NCBI GenBank assembly: GCA_963708795.1
Contig: CAVPUH010000006.1
Span: 170,005 to 234,004 of the forward strand
Source of the DNA: an uncultured Actinomycetota bacterium
GTDB lineage: Bacteria; Actinomycetota; Actinomycetes; Propionibacteriales; DAIQRJ01
Length of the DNA: 64,000 nucleotides
Direction of reading: 5' to 3'
Shown here: one piece after another, positions 39,465 to 47,383 of the stretch
How positions within the stretch are numbered: position 1 is the stretch's first letter
Layout of the letters: the number at the start of each line of letters is the position of its first letter
Program-made: the position numbers and the translations under genes
The notes under the pieces: generated by a model
Seen by the model: only the letters and a program-made list of their open reading frames with translations
Databases searched by the model: none
Told to the model about the DNA's origin: nothing

Positions 39465-40748
39465 ATGACGGCCGACGCCGGCGCCGACCCGACGGCGGCG
39501 GACGAGGCGCGCTCCGAGGCGCACCGTTCGGAAGCCGCGTTCGACGCCGGCCGAACAGCGGTCGACCGGATCATCGCCGAGCGATTCGGCCCCGGCGCCG
39601 CGGTGCGCGCACACCGGTTCGTGCAGCAGCCGGAGCGACCGATCGTCGCCGTTCTCGACATGACCGGTGCGAGCGTGCCGACCGCGATCGTGAAGTTCGC
39701 ACCTCGCGAGCCCGACGTCGTGATCGACGACCACTCGGAGGCCGGCTGGCAGCTCGCGAACGAGTGGGCGACCCTGGCATTCCTGACGATGGTCGCGAAC
39801 GAGCGTGGCAAGGGTGCGCCGGAACTCCCGGTGCCGGAGTGCTACGGCGGGGACCGGGAAGCCGGCCTGGTCGTGATGGCCGACCTGGGGGACGGCGACA
39901 GCTTGGCCGAGGTCCTGCTCCGAGACCCGGCCGTGACGGGCCCGGAAGCCACCGCTGCGGCTGTCCGGTCGTTCGAGGGCTACATCGACGCGATCGCCGC
40001 GCTCCACCTCGCTACCTTCGGGACCGGCGATCGGTACCGTGCGTTCCGGACGGACTTCGGCCCGCCGCCGAACGACCCGCTGGCTCCCAGCACCCTCCTC
40101 GACGGGTGGCGCGAACTGGGCGTGCACCTCGACGTCGTGCTCGATGCGGCGGTCGAGGCCGAGGTGGCTGCGGTCGAGGCGCTGCTGGCGGCGCCCGGGG
40201 CGTGGGAGGTGCGTGAGCCTCAAGGACATCTGCCCGGACAACAACCGCGTGCTTCCCGGTGGTGAGGTCCGGCTGTTCGACGCGCAGTACTCCGGTCCTT
40301 CACCACGGCCTGATCGACGTCGCCTACCTGCACACCACCATGCCGACCTGCTGGTGCGTGCGGCGCCTGCCGGACGGACTGGCCGACCGGCTGGTCGAGC
40401 GTTACGTCGACCGGCTCCGCGCCGCCGGCCACGATCCGGGCGATCCGCTGACCTTCGCCCGTGAGCTTGCGATGTGCCGGGTCTACATGGCGTTGTGGCG
40501 CGGTGGCGGGGCAGCTCGGCACGCTCCGTCGCAGGACGGGGACGCTCAGCCGTACTGGGACGCGTACGAGTTCTCGATGGTCTCGCATCGACAGCAGCTG
40601 GCGTTCCGAACCCGTCAGCTGGCAGAAGCGGCGGCGCTGCGTCCCGACCTCGCCGCCCTCCACGCCTGGGCGCAGCGTCTGCACGAGGCCATCGTCAGGA
40701 CCTGGCCGTCGAGCCGAACCGCTGCCGCTGTACCCCGCCTTCGGGTAG
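39465..40748 (+). pseudogene. phosphotransferase/kinase-like protein (APH/CHK fold), three +1 interruptions (about 40195-40220, 40297-40298, about 40700-40715)
   Basis: Frames 0,1,2,0 in succession carry ...TAIVKFAPREP...GLVVMADLGDGDSL... / ...SLKDICPDNNRVLPGGEVRLFDAQYSG / HHGLIDVAYLHT...AQRLHEAIVRTW / ...EPLPLYPAFG(stop). The 3' end is inferred. Confidence 0.6.
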
Positions 40749-40843
40749 TCGGCAGCCGCGATCACTCGATCCCGAGCGAGCGCAGATGCACCTCACCAGG
40801 GCTCACGGCGAGGGTGCATCGGCGCACAGTCGGCTCGATCCGC

Positions 40844-42021
40844 CTAGGCCTGCGTCCCGTCCGGGCGCACGCCGTCGTTGTCCGTCGCGTCGAGCAGTGC
40901 CTGCGCGCTCGGGTCGTTCAGCTGACCCGACATCCGCGCCGTGCTCTCGGCCTCGGCGATCGCCTGCTTCACCACCTCGTTCGCGGCTTCGAGCGCCTTC
41001 GAGTCCGGGCTCCGGCAGCTCGAGATCGGCCGGCATCGGCGGCGGGGCCTGCTCGACCGCCTGGTCCGCCGGCGGCTGCCAGCTGGGCGCGGGCGCACTC
41101 TCGGGCTTCGGCACGAGACCACCGAGCGCACCGCCGAGGCCCTCGAGTGCCTTGCCGAGCTCGCTCGGGACGATCCACAGCTTGTTCGAGTCGCCCTTGG
41201 CGATCTCCGGCAGCATCTGCAGGTACTGGTAACTCAGCAACTCGGCGTCGGGACGCCCGGCATGGATGGCCGAGAACACCGTCGAGATCGCCTGAGCCTG
41301 ACCCTGGGCCTTCAGGATCTCGGACTCCCGGCTCGCCTGCGCCCGCAGGATCATCGCCTCGCGCTCACCCTGGGCCCGCAGGATGTTGCCCTGCTTCTCA
41401 CCGTCGGCCGTGAGCACCTGCGACTGCCGCACGCCCTCGGCGTTCAGCACCGCGGCCCGCTTGTCCCGCTCGGCCCGCATCTGCTTCTCCATCGAGTCCT
41501 GGATCGACGCAGGCGGGTCGATGCCCTTCAGCTCGACGCGCTTGACCTTGATGCCCCACTTGCCCGTCGCGGCGTCGAGCTCGCTGGCCAGGGCCCCGTT
41601 GATGCGCTCGCGAGAGGTCAGCGTCGTCTCGAGCTCCATCCCGCCGATGACCTGCCGGAGCTGGGTCATGGTCAGCTGCTCGATCGCCTGCAGGTAGTTG
41701 TTCACCGCGTAGGTCGCCGAGCACCGGGTCGGTGACGATGTAGTAGATGACCGTGTCGATCGAGACCACCAGGTTGTCCTTGGTGATCACCGGCTGCGGC
41801 GGGAAGGACACGACCTGCTCGCGCATGTCGACGGTGTAGCGCACCTTGTCGATCCCCGGGATCACGAGGTGCGGGCCGGAATCGAGCGTGCGGCGGTACT
41901 TGCCCAGACGCTCGACGATCCGTACCCGCGCCTGGGGCACGAAGACGATCGCCTTGACGATGAAGATGATCACCAGCAGAGCGATGATGACCGGTACGAG
42001 CCAGGACGCGATGTCACCCAT
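40844..42021 (-). pseudogene. SPFH/Band 7 (stomatin/QmcA-like) protein, two +1 interruptions (near 41717 and GGG 41007-41009)
   Basis: N-terminus in ORF 41398..42021 (TM + VPQARVRIVERLGKY...VIYYIVTDP). Core in ORF 40803..41705 (ATYAVNNYLQAIEQLTMTQLRQVIG...). C-terminus in ORF 40844..41131 (DSKALEAANEVVKQAIAEAE...). Confidence 0.8.
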
Positions 42022-42060
42022 GGTCGGCCCTTCCTTGTCGAGAGATGTCCATCTTGCCTG

Positions 42061-42549
42061 TCAGTGCCCAGGACGGTCGGGGTCGAACAGCGATTCGTCG
42101 AGCGGATGGACCAGAACGGTCACCCCGTCGACGTCGAATACCTCGACGGCCGTGCCGTCGTCGATCACGGAGTCCTCCACGTACGGCCGGGCCGTCCACA
42201 CGACGCCGTCGAACTTGACCTGTCCCGCGTGGTCGTCGATCCGGCCGAAGGCCCGCGTATGCCGCCCGAGCAGTTCCTTCACGGGCTCGATCTTCAGCTC
42301 CGGCCCGGCGTGCAACCGCTTGAGGATGGGCGGCCGGACGAGGAACAGCAGCACCAGCGACACCACTGCGGCGACCACGAGCGCGATCGGGGTCGACACT
42401 CCGAGCGCCACCGCGCCGGCACCGGCGAGAGCGCCGACCCCGAACATCAGCGACCACGCCTCGAGCCCGATGAGCATGTCCGCGCCGATGAGCGCCAACC
42501 CGGCGAGCAGCCAGGCGAGCCCCGCGTTCTCACTCAGCCATTCCCACAT
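42061..42549 (-). CDS. NfeD family protein
   Basis: 162-aa ORF with three TM-like segments and a C-terminal OB-like domain (GRIDDHAGQVKFDGVVWTARP...). Lies immediately upstream of the SPFH gene, the usual pairing. Confidence 0.8.
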   Translation of the reverse strand: MWEWLSENAGLAWLLAGLALIGADMLIGLEAWSLMFGVGALAGAGAVALGVSTPIALVVAAVVSLVLLFLVRPPILKRLHAGPELKIEPVKELLGRHTRAFGRIDDHAGQVKFDGVVWTARPYVEDSVIDDGTAVEVFDVDGVTVLVHPLDESLFDPDRPGH

Positions 42550-42631
42550 CCGCCGGTCTCACCTCCTCGTCGAATTCGCTGTGAGCTCGCCCTCCGCGCA
42601 GCAGCTCTCCGTGGAACTGCGGGGCGCCGGT

Positions 42632-43162
42632 TCAGGCACCCGCACCGGCCTGCTTGGGGGCGGTGGGGTCCGCCGCGGCCTTGCCCGTCTCGCGGGCCAC
42701 GTAGTCCTCGATCCCCTCGATGTCGTGCGTCGAGCGGGTGACGACCGTCAGGAGGTCGCTCATCGACGACACCTCCTCGACCTGCTCCTTGATGAACCAC
42801 TGCATGAACTGCTCGGACGCGAAGTCGTTCTCCTCACGCGCCACCCGGGTGAGGTTGTGGATCTGATCGCTCACCCGCTTCTCCTGGGCGAACGCGAGGC
42901 GGACGGGCGCGATGAGGTCGTCGAAATCGTTGTCCGGAGCCTCCACTCCGGGGACGATCACCGCCTCGTCGCAGTCGATCAGGTACTGGATCATCATCAT
43001 CGCGTGGCCGCGCTCCTCGATCGCCTGCCGGTAGAACAGCCCGGCCAGCTGGGGCATGGTCAGGCCGTCGTAGTAGGCCGCGCAGGCCACGTACTGGTTG
43101 TGTGCGGAGAGCTCCTTGCCGATCTGCGCGTTCAGCACCTCGACGAATCTCTTGGCGGCCAT
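42632..43162 (-). CDS. ferritin (non-haem, BfrB/Ftn-like)
   Basis: ORF 42632..43366 trimmed to ATG 43162 after GAGGAG. Ferroxidase-site residues are present (E..H in ...IEERGHAMMMIQYL; ...EQFMQWFIKEQVEE). Confidence 0.85.
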   Translation of the reverse strand: MAAKRFVEVLNAQIGKELSAHNQYVACAAYYDGLTMPQLAGLFYRQAIEERGHAMMMIQYLIDCDEAVIVPGVEAPDNDFDDLIAPVRLAFAQEKRVSDQIHNLTRVAREENDFASEQFMQWFIKEQVEEVSSMSDLLTVVTRSTHDIEGIEDYVARETGKAAADPTAPKQAGAGA

Positions 43163-43304
43163 CGGGACTCCTCGGGATCGGGGACAGAGCCAGCGCCGTC
43201 GACGCTGCGCCCGGGAGTCCATTGTGCCTGGTCGAGCCTGCGCGGATGTCCAGATCGCGGCGTCGACTGAGGCTTGCCTTGCCTGTCTTGTACAGTCCCG
43301 CCTC

Positions 43305-43436
43305 GTGTCCGGCAAACCCAAGAAAGAGTGCTGCGTGTCCAAACCGCGGTGCAAGCGCTGCCCCATCCGGATGCTTGCGAACGGGACGCTCCCGACCGGC
43401 TACACGGTGAAGAAGCGCAAGCTCGTCAAGGCGTGA
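43305..43436 (+). CDS. small basic cysteine-rich protein (43 aa), hypothetical
   Basis: Own reading of the 3' part of ORF 43098..43436 from GTG 43305: VSGKPKKECCVSKPRCKRCPIRMLANGTLPTGYTVKKRKLVKA. CC-x5-C-x2-C pattern. Divergent from ferritin. Confidence 0.45.
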   Translation: MSGKPKKECCVSKPRCKRCPIRMLANGTLPTGYTVKKRKLVKA

Positions 43437-44226
43437 CACCGGCGGGGACCGCCCGGGCGCTCCAGCGCTCCCCGTGGCGTTCCAGGGCCAGCGACAGTCC
43501 GAAGGTCGCCGTCAGGTTCGCCGCCGTGAGCGTCGACTCGATCGGCCCGGCCGCGACGACGGCGCCCTCGCGGATCAGGAGCAGGTGGGTGAAACCGGCC
43601 GGGATCTCCTCGACGTGATGCGTCACGAGCACCATGGCCGGCGAGTCCTCGTCCAGCGCCAGCGTCCCGAGCGTCCGCACCAACTGCTCGCGGCCGCCGA
43701 GGTCGAGACCGGCGGCGGGCTCGTCGAGCAGCATCAGCTCGGGGTCGGCCATCAGGGCGCGAGCGATCTGCACACGCTTGCGCTCGCCCTCGCTCAACGT
43801 CCCGAAGGTCCGCTCGGCCAGACCGGCGACGCCCAGGCGGTCGAGGAGCCGCAGAGCGCGGTCGTGATCCATCTGCTCGTACTGCTCGCGCCACCGCCCC
43901 ATCACCGCGTAGGTGGCCGTGACCACGACGTCCAGCACGCGCTCGCCACGTGGGATGCGATCGGCCAGCGCAGCCGAGGCGAGGCCGATCCGCGGCCGCA
44001 ACTCGAACACGTCGACGGTCCCGAGCACCTCGCCCAGGATCTCGACGATGCCGTCGCTCGGGTGCATGTGGGTCGAGGCGACCTGGAGCAAGGTGGTCTT
44101 GCCGGCGCCGTTCGGGCCCAGGACCACCCAGCGCTCACCCTCGTCGACCGTCCAGTCGACCCGGTCCAGCAGGCGTGCCTGCCCGCGGACGATCGTCACC
44201 TCGGCGAAGTCGAGCACGGCAGGCAT
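43426..44226 (-). CDS. ABC transporter ATP-binding protein (stand-alone ATPase)
   Basis: Walker A GPNGAGKTT, signature LSEGERKRV, Walker B LMLLDEPAAGLD, H-loop VTHH. Confidence 0.9.
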   Translation of the reverse strand: MPAVLDFAEVTIVRGQARLLDRVDWTVDEGERWVVLGPNGAGKTTLLQVASTHMHPSDGIVEILGEVLGTVDVFELRPRIGLASAALADRIPRGERVLDVVVTATYAVMGRWREQYEQMDHDRALRLLDRLGVAGLAERTFGTLSEGERKRVQIARALMADPELMLLDEPAAGLDLGGREQLVRTLGTLALDEDSPAMVLVTHHVEEIPAGFTHLLLIREGAVVAAGPIESTLTAANLTATFGLSLALERHGERWSARAVPAGVTP

Positions 44227-44293
44227 GGCGTCAACCTATGGCAACCCGACGGCGACAAGGCAGCTGACCCTCCGGGCTGTCTACGCTGAGCCG

Positions 44294-45139
44294 GTGCCCG
44301 CCTCGCCGTCACGGACCCCGGTCGCCGCGTTACCGGCCGCGTTCCTGCTGGCGGCCTGGGCGAACTCGTGGCTGACCGGCGCCGTCAGCCTGGACGACGT
44401 GCTCGACGCGCTCCGCCGGCAGTCCGCGGGGGCCGATCTCGGGGTCGCTCACCACGTCTACGCCGCCGACCCCTCGGCACTCGCGGCCCTCGACACCGCC
44501 GACGCGGCTCCGTTGACCACCTCGCTCGGACGGCTCCGCAGCGTCGGCACATCCTCGTTCACCCTCGCGCTGCCGGTGCCCGGCGACCCGCTCGGGCTCG
44601 GCGGACCCCGGGGGTTCACCGAGGCCGCCACCGAAGCCGGCGAGGCCGTGCTGTGCGACGGGACGGCCCTCGGCGCCGTCCCCTTCGCCGTCGGCGCCGG
44701 CGTTCAATGGGCGGTCAGCGAGGCGTTCGTCGGCTCGACCGAGAGCCTGGCCGAGGCTGACGAGCGGCTCGCCCGCGTGATCGTCGACGCGCGGCGACAG
44801 CTCGGCGACCGTTCGAGCCACGCCGGCGGCGACGGCGGAGCGGCCTGGTCCCCCGATCAGGGCCACCGGGATCGAGCCGCTGCCGCCACCATGGGGTCGG
44901 TCCGGCGGGCGACGGCGGCCACGGCTGCCGCACTGCCTCCGAACGCACCCGTACGGGCCGACCGCGTCCTGACCCGTTCGGTCACGTGCCTGCAGATCGG
45001 CCGGTTCGCGGCCGAGCGGGCCGCCGAAGGCGATGACGTCGCACCCGTCGCGCTCGTCCGCGACCTGTCCGCAGCCGCCCGCCGGGGCCTCGTCGCCGTG
45101 GCCCAGGCCTGCCGGAGCTCGAGCGGGGTCGACCGTTAG
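44294..45139 (+). CDS. hypothetical Ala/Gly-rich protein
   Basis: Frame of ORF 43913..45139. No motif I recognise. Start is uncertain (GTG 44294 or ATG 44225). The stop lies 1 nt before the serB GTG, suggesting co-transcription. Confidence 0.45.
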   Translation: MPASPSRTPVAALPAAFLLAAWANSWLTGAVSLDDVLDALRRQSAGADLGVAHHVYAADPSALAALDTADAAPLTTSLGRLRSVGTSSFTLALPVPGDPLGLGGPRGFTEAATEAGEAVLCDGTALGAVPFAVGAGVQWAVSEAFVGSTESLAEADERLARVIVDARRQLGDRSSHAGGDGGAAWSPDQGHRDRAAAATMGSVRRATAATAAALPPNAPVRADRVLTRSVTCLQIGRFAAERAAEGDDVAPVALVRDLSAAARRGLVAVAQACRSSSGVDR

Positions 45140-45140
45140 C

Positions 45141-46466
45141 GTGAACCCCGTGCCCGAGTCAGCCAAGTGGTCCGTGCTGACCGGCGGCGGCCCCTCGTCG
45201 TCGGAGCCGGCCGGCGCCCCGGGCGACTCGACGCGGCCGGCACCCGCTGACCTGCCGGTGCCGGCGGAGTTCGACGGCCCGACCTTGCGACTCACGGTGT
45301 CGGGGGTCGACGAGGTCGGCCTGACATCCGGACTCTTCGAGCAACTCGCGCGCGCCGGAGTGATCGTGCTCGACGTCGGCCAGGTCGTCCTCGGCGGCCA
45401 TCTCGTCCTCGGTGCCGTGGTCAGCGCGCCGAAGGATGTGCGGGCGCTGACGTCGAGGTTGCAGGCGTGGGCGAGTGCTCACGACGTCCGGATCGAGGCC
45501 GAGCTGGGCCATGGCGACCCGTCGCCGTCGGGAGCCGGGCGTGCGCACGTCACGGTGCTGTCCCAACCGCTGGCGCCCGGCGCGGTCGCCGCGGTCGCCG
45601 GGCGGATCGCCGACGTCGGCGGCAACATCGACCGCATCATCCGAGTTGCCCGCTGGCCCGTCACCGCCCTCGACCTGGACGTCTCCGGGGTCGACATCGG
45701 CCACCTCAAGGCCGTGCTGGCCGGTGAGGCGGCCAAGATCGGGGTGGACGTAGCCGTCCAGGCCGCCGGACTCCAGCGTCGGGCGATGCGGTTGGTCGTC
45801 CTCGACGTCGACTCGACGCTGATCCGAGGCGAGGTCATCGAGATGCTCGCGGATGCCACCGGGCACGCGGCCGAGGTGGCCGCGATCACCGCGCGGGCCA
45901 TGGCCGGAGAGCTCGACTTCGCCGCCTCGCTGGCCGCGCGGGTGCGGCTCCTGGAGGGCCTTCCGGCTGCCGTGGTGGACGACGTCCGTGCCGCCATCAC
46001 CCTGACCCCCGGAGCACGAACGCTCCTCCGGACGCTGAAGGCGCTGGGATACCGGGTCGGCCTCGTCTCGGGCGGGTTCGCCCAGGTGATCGCCCCGTTG
46101 GCGGCCGAGCTCGGCGTGGACTTCGTCCGGGCGAACGCGCTCGAGATCGTCGACGGCCGGCTGACGGGTCGCGTCACCGGCGCCGTGGTCGATCGGGCGG
46201 CGAAGGCTGCCGCCCTTCGCGAGTTCGCCGCCGACCACGACGTGCCCCTCGCCTACACGGTGGCGATCGGCGACGGGGCGAACGATCTCGACATGCTCGC
46301 GGCTGCGGGCCTCGGCATCGCCTTCAACGCCAAGCCGGTCGTCCGGGCGGCCGCGGACGCGTCCGTCACCCTGCCGTATCTCGACTCGGTCCTCGCCCTG
46401 CTGGGCATCGATCGCGATGAGGTCGACCGAGCCGGTCACCTGACCGGACCGAAAGAGAGCCGATGA
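45141..46466 (+). CDS. serB: phosphoserine phosphatase SerB (with N-terminal ACT-like domains)
   Basis: HAD motifs LVVLDVDSTLI, GLVSGGF and IGDGANDLDML. The N-terminal about 190 aa is ACT-like. GTG 45141 is assumed. Confidence 0.85.
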   Translation: MNPVPESAKWSVLTGGGPSSSEPAGAPGDSTRPAPADLPVPAEFDGPTLRLTVSGVDEVGLTSGLFEQLARAGVIVLDVGQVVLGGHLVLGAVVSAPKDVRALTSRLQAWASAHDVRIEAELGHGDPSPSGAGRAHVTVLSQPLAPGAVAAVAGRIADVGGNIDRIIRVARWPVTALDLDVSGVDIGHLKAVLAGEAAKIGVDVAVQAAGLQRRAMRLVVLDVDSTLIRGEVIEMLADATGHAAEVAAITARAMAGELDFAASLAARVRLLEGLPAAVVDDVRAAITLTPGARTLLRTLKALGYRVGLVSGGFAQVIAPLAAELGVDFVRANALEIVDGRLTGRVTGAVVDRAAKAAALREFAADHDVPLAYTVAIGDGANDLDMLAAAGLGIAFNAKPVVRAAADASVTLPYLDSVLALLGIDRDEVDRAGHLTGPKESR

Positions 46467-47383
46467 CCGAGCCCGGTGTCCTGTTCGCGATCGGCGGTGC
46501 CGAGGACAAGACGGGACCGCGCACCGTTTTGAGGCGCTTCGTCGAGGCCGCGGGGGGTGCGGAGGCCACGATCTGCATCGTGCCGACCGCGTCCTCCCTC
46601 GGCCCTGAGGTGGTCGACGTCTACTCCGCACTGTTCCGGCGCCTGGGTGCCGGCGTCGTGACGGCAGTGCGACCCGCGAGCCGCGCCGAGGCCGACGACC
46701 CCGCGGTTTCTGCCGTAGTCGACGCCGCGACCGGGGTGTTCATGACGGGTGGCAACCAGCTCAAGCTGGCGCAGATCGTCAACGGGACCCGGACGGGTCG
46801 CGCGATCGTCGCCGGTCACCGCCGCGGGACGGTGGTGGCCGGGACGTCCGCCGGCGCGTCCATCATCACCGAGCACATGATCGCGTTCGGCGGTGCGGGC
46901 GTGACCCCACGGATGCGCTCGAGCCAGCTGTGGGAAGGGCTCGGCCTGCTCACGGGCGCCGTCATCGACCAGCACTTCGGCGAGCGTGGGCGTTATGGAC
47001 GTCTGCTGTCTCTCGTGGCGGGATCACCCGCCCTGCTCGGCATCGGCGTCGACGAGAACACGGCCGCCGTCGTGCACCCCGACCGTCTGCTGGAAGTCGT
47101 GGGAGCGGGCGCCGTCACGGTGTTCGACGGGGCACGCGCCGTGTCGAACGCCCATCTGGCCGAGCGCGGCGAGCCGCTGCTGGTCTCCGGCGTGATCACC
47201 CACGCCCTGCCGGCCGGTACCTGGTTCGACCTCGACTCCCGCGCGCTGGTCGAGGCGCACACCCAGCGGCCGGCCCGCGAGGCGATCGAAGCAGTGGCGG
47301 CGGAGAACGACCTCCGGGCACTGGCCGCCGCGATCGAGGCCGAGGACCATGGACCCACCCGAGCCCAGGAGGACACGGCATGA
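46463..47383 (+). CDS. cyanophycinase (peptidase S51)
   Basis: 306-aa ORF: LFAIGGAEDK, FMTGGNQLKL, GTSAGASI (nucleophile Ser), IDQHF. ATGA overlap with the serB stop. Confidence 0.85.
   Translation: MTEPGVLFAIGGAEDKTGPRTVLRRFVEAAGGAEATICIVPTASSLGPEVVDVYSALFRRLGAGVVTAVRPASRAEADDPAVSAVVDAATGVFMTGGNQLKLAQIVNGTRTGRAIVAGHRRGTVVAGTSAGASIITEHMIAFGGAGVTPRMRSSQLWEGLGLLTGAVIDQHFGERGRYGRLLSLVAGSPALLGIGVDENTAAVVHPDRLLEVVGAGAVTVFDGARAVSNAHLAERGEPLLVSGVITHALPAGTWFDLDSRALVEAHTQRPAREAIEAVAAENDLRALAAAIEAEDHGPTRAQEDTA

Noticed and set aside
40749-41413. Long C-terminal tail of ORF 40259..41413 as part of the kinase-like protein
   Set aside because: The tail is antisense to the SPFH gene and low complexity. 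A +1 shift into the frame ending at 40748 fits the pattern seen elsewhere and leaves room for the convergent SPFH stop at 40844.
43268-43286. IdeR/iron box upstream of ferritin
   Set aside because: Only 11 of 19 consensus positions match by hand count, which is close to what GC-rich palindrome-like sequence can give by chance. It is mentioned only as context, not called as a feature.
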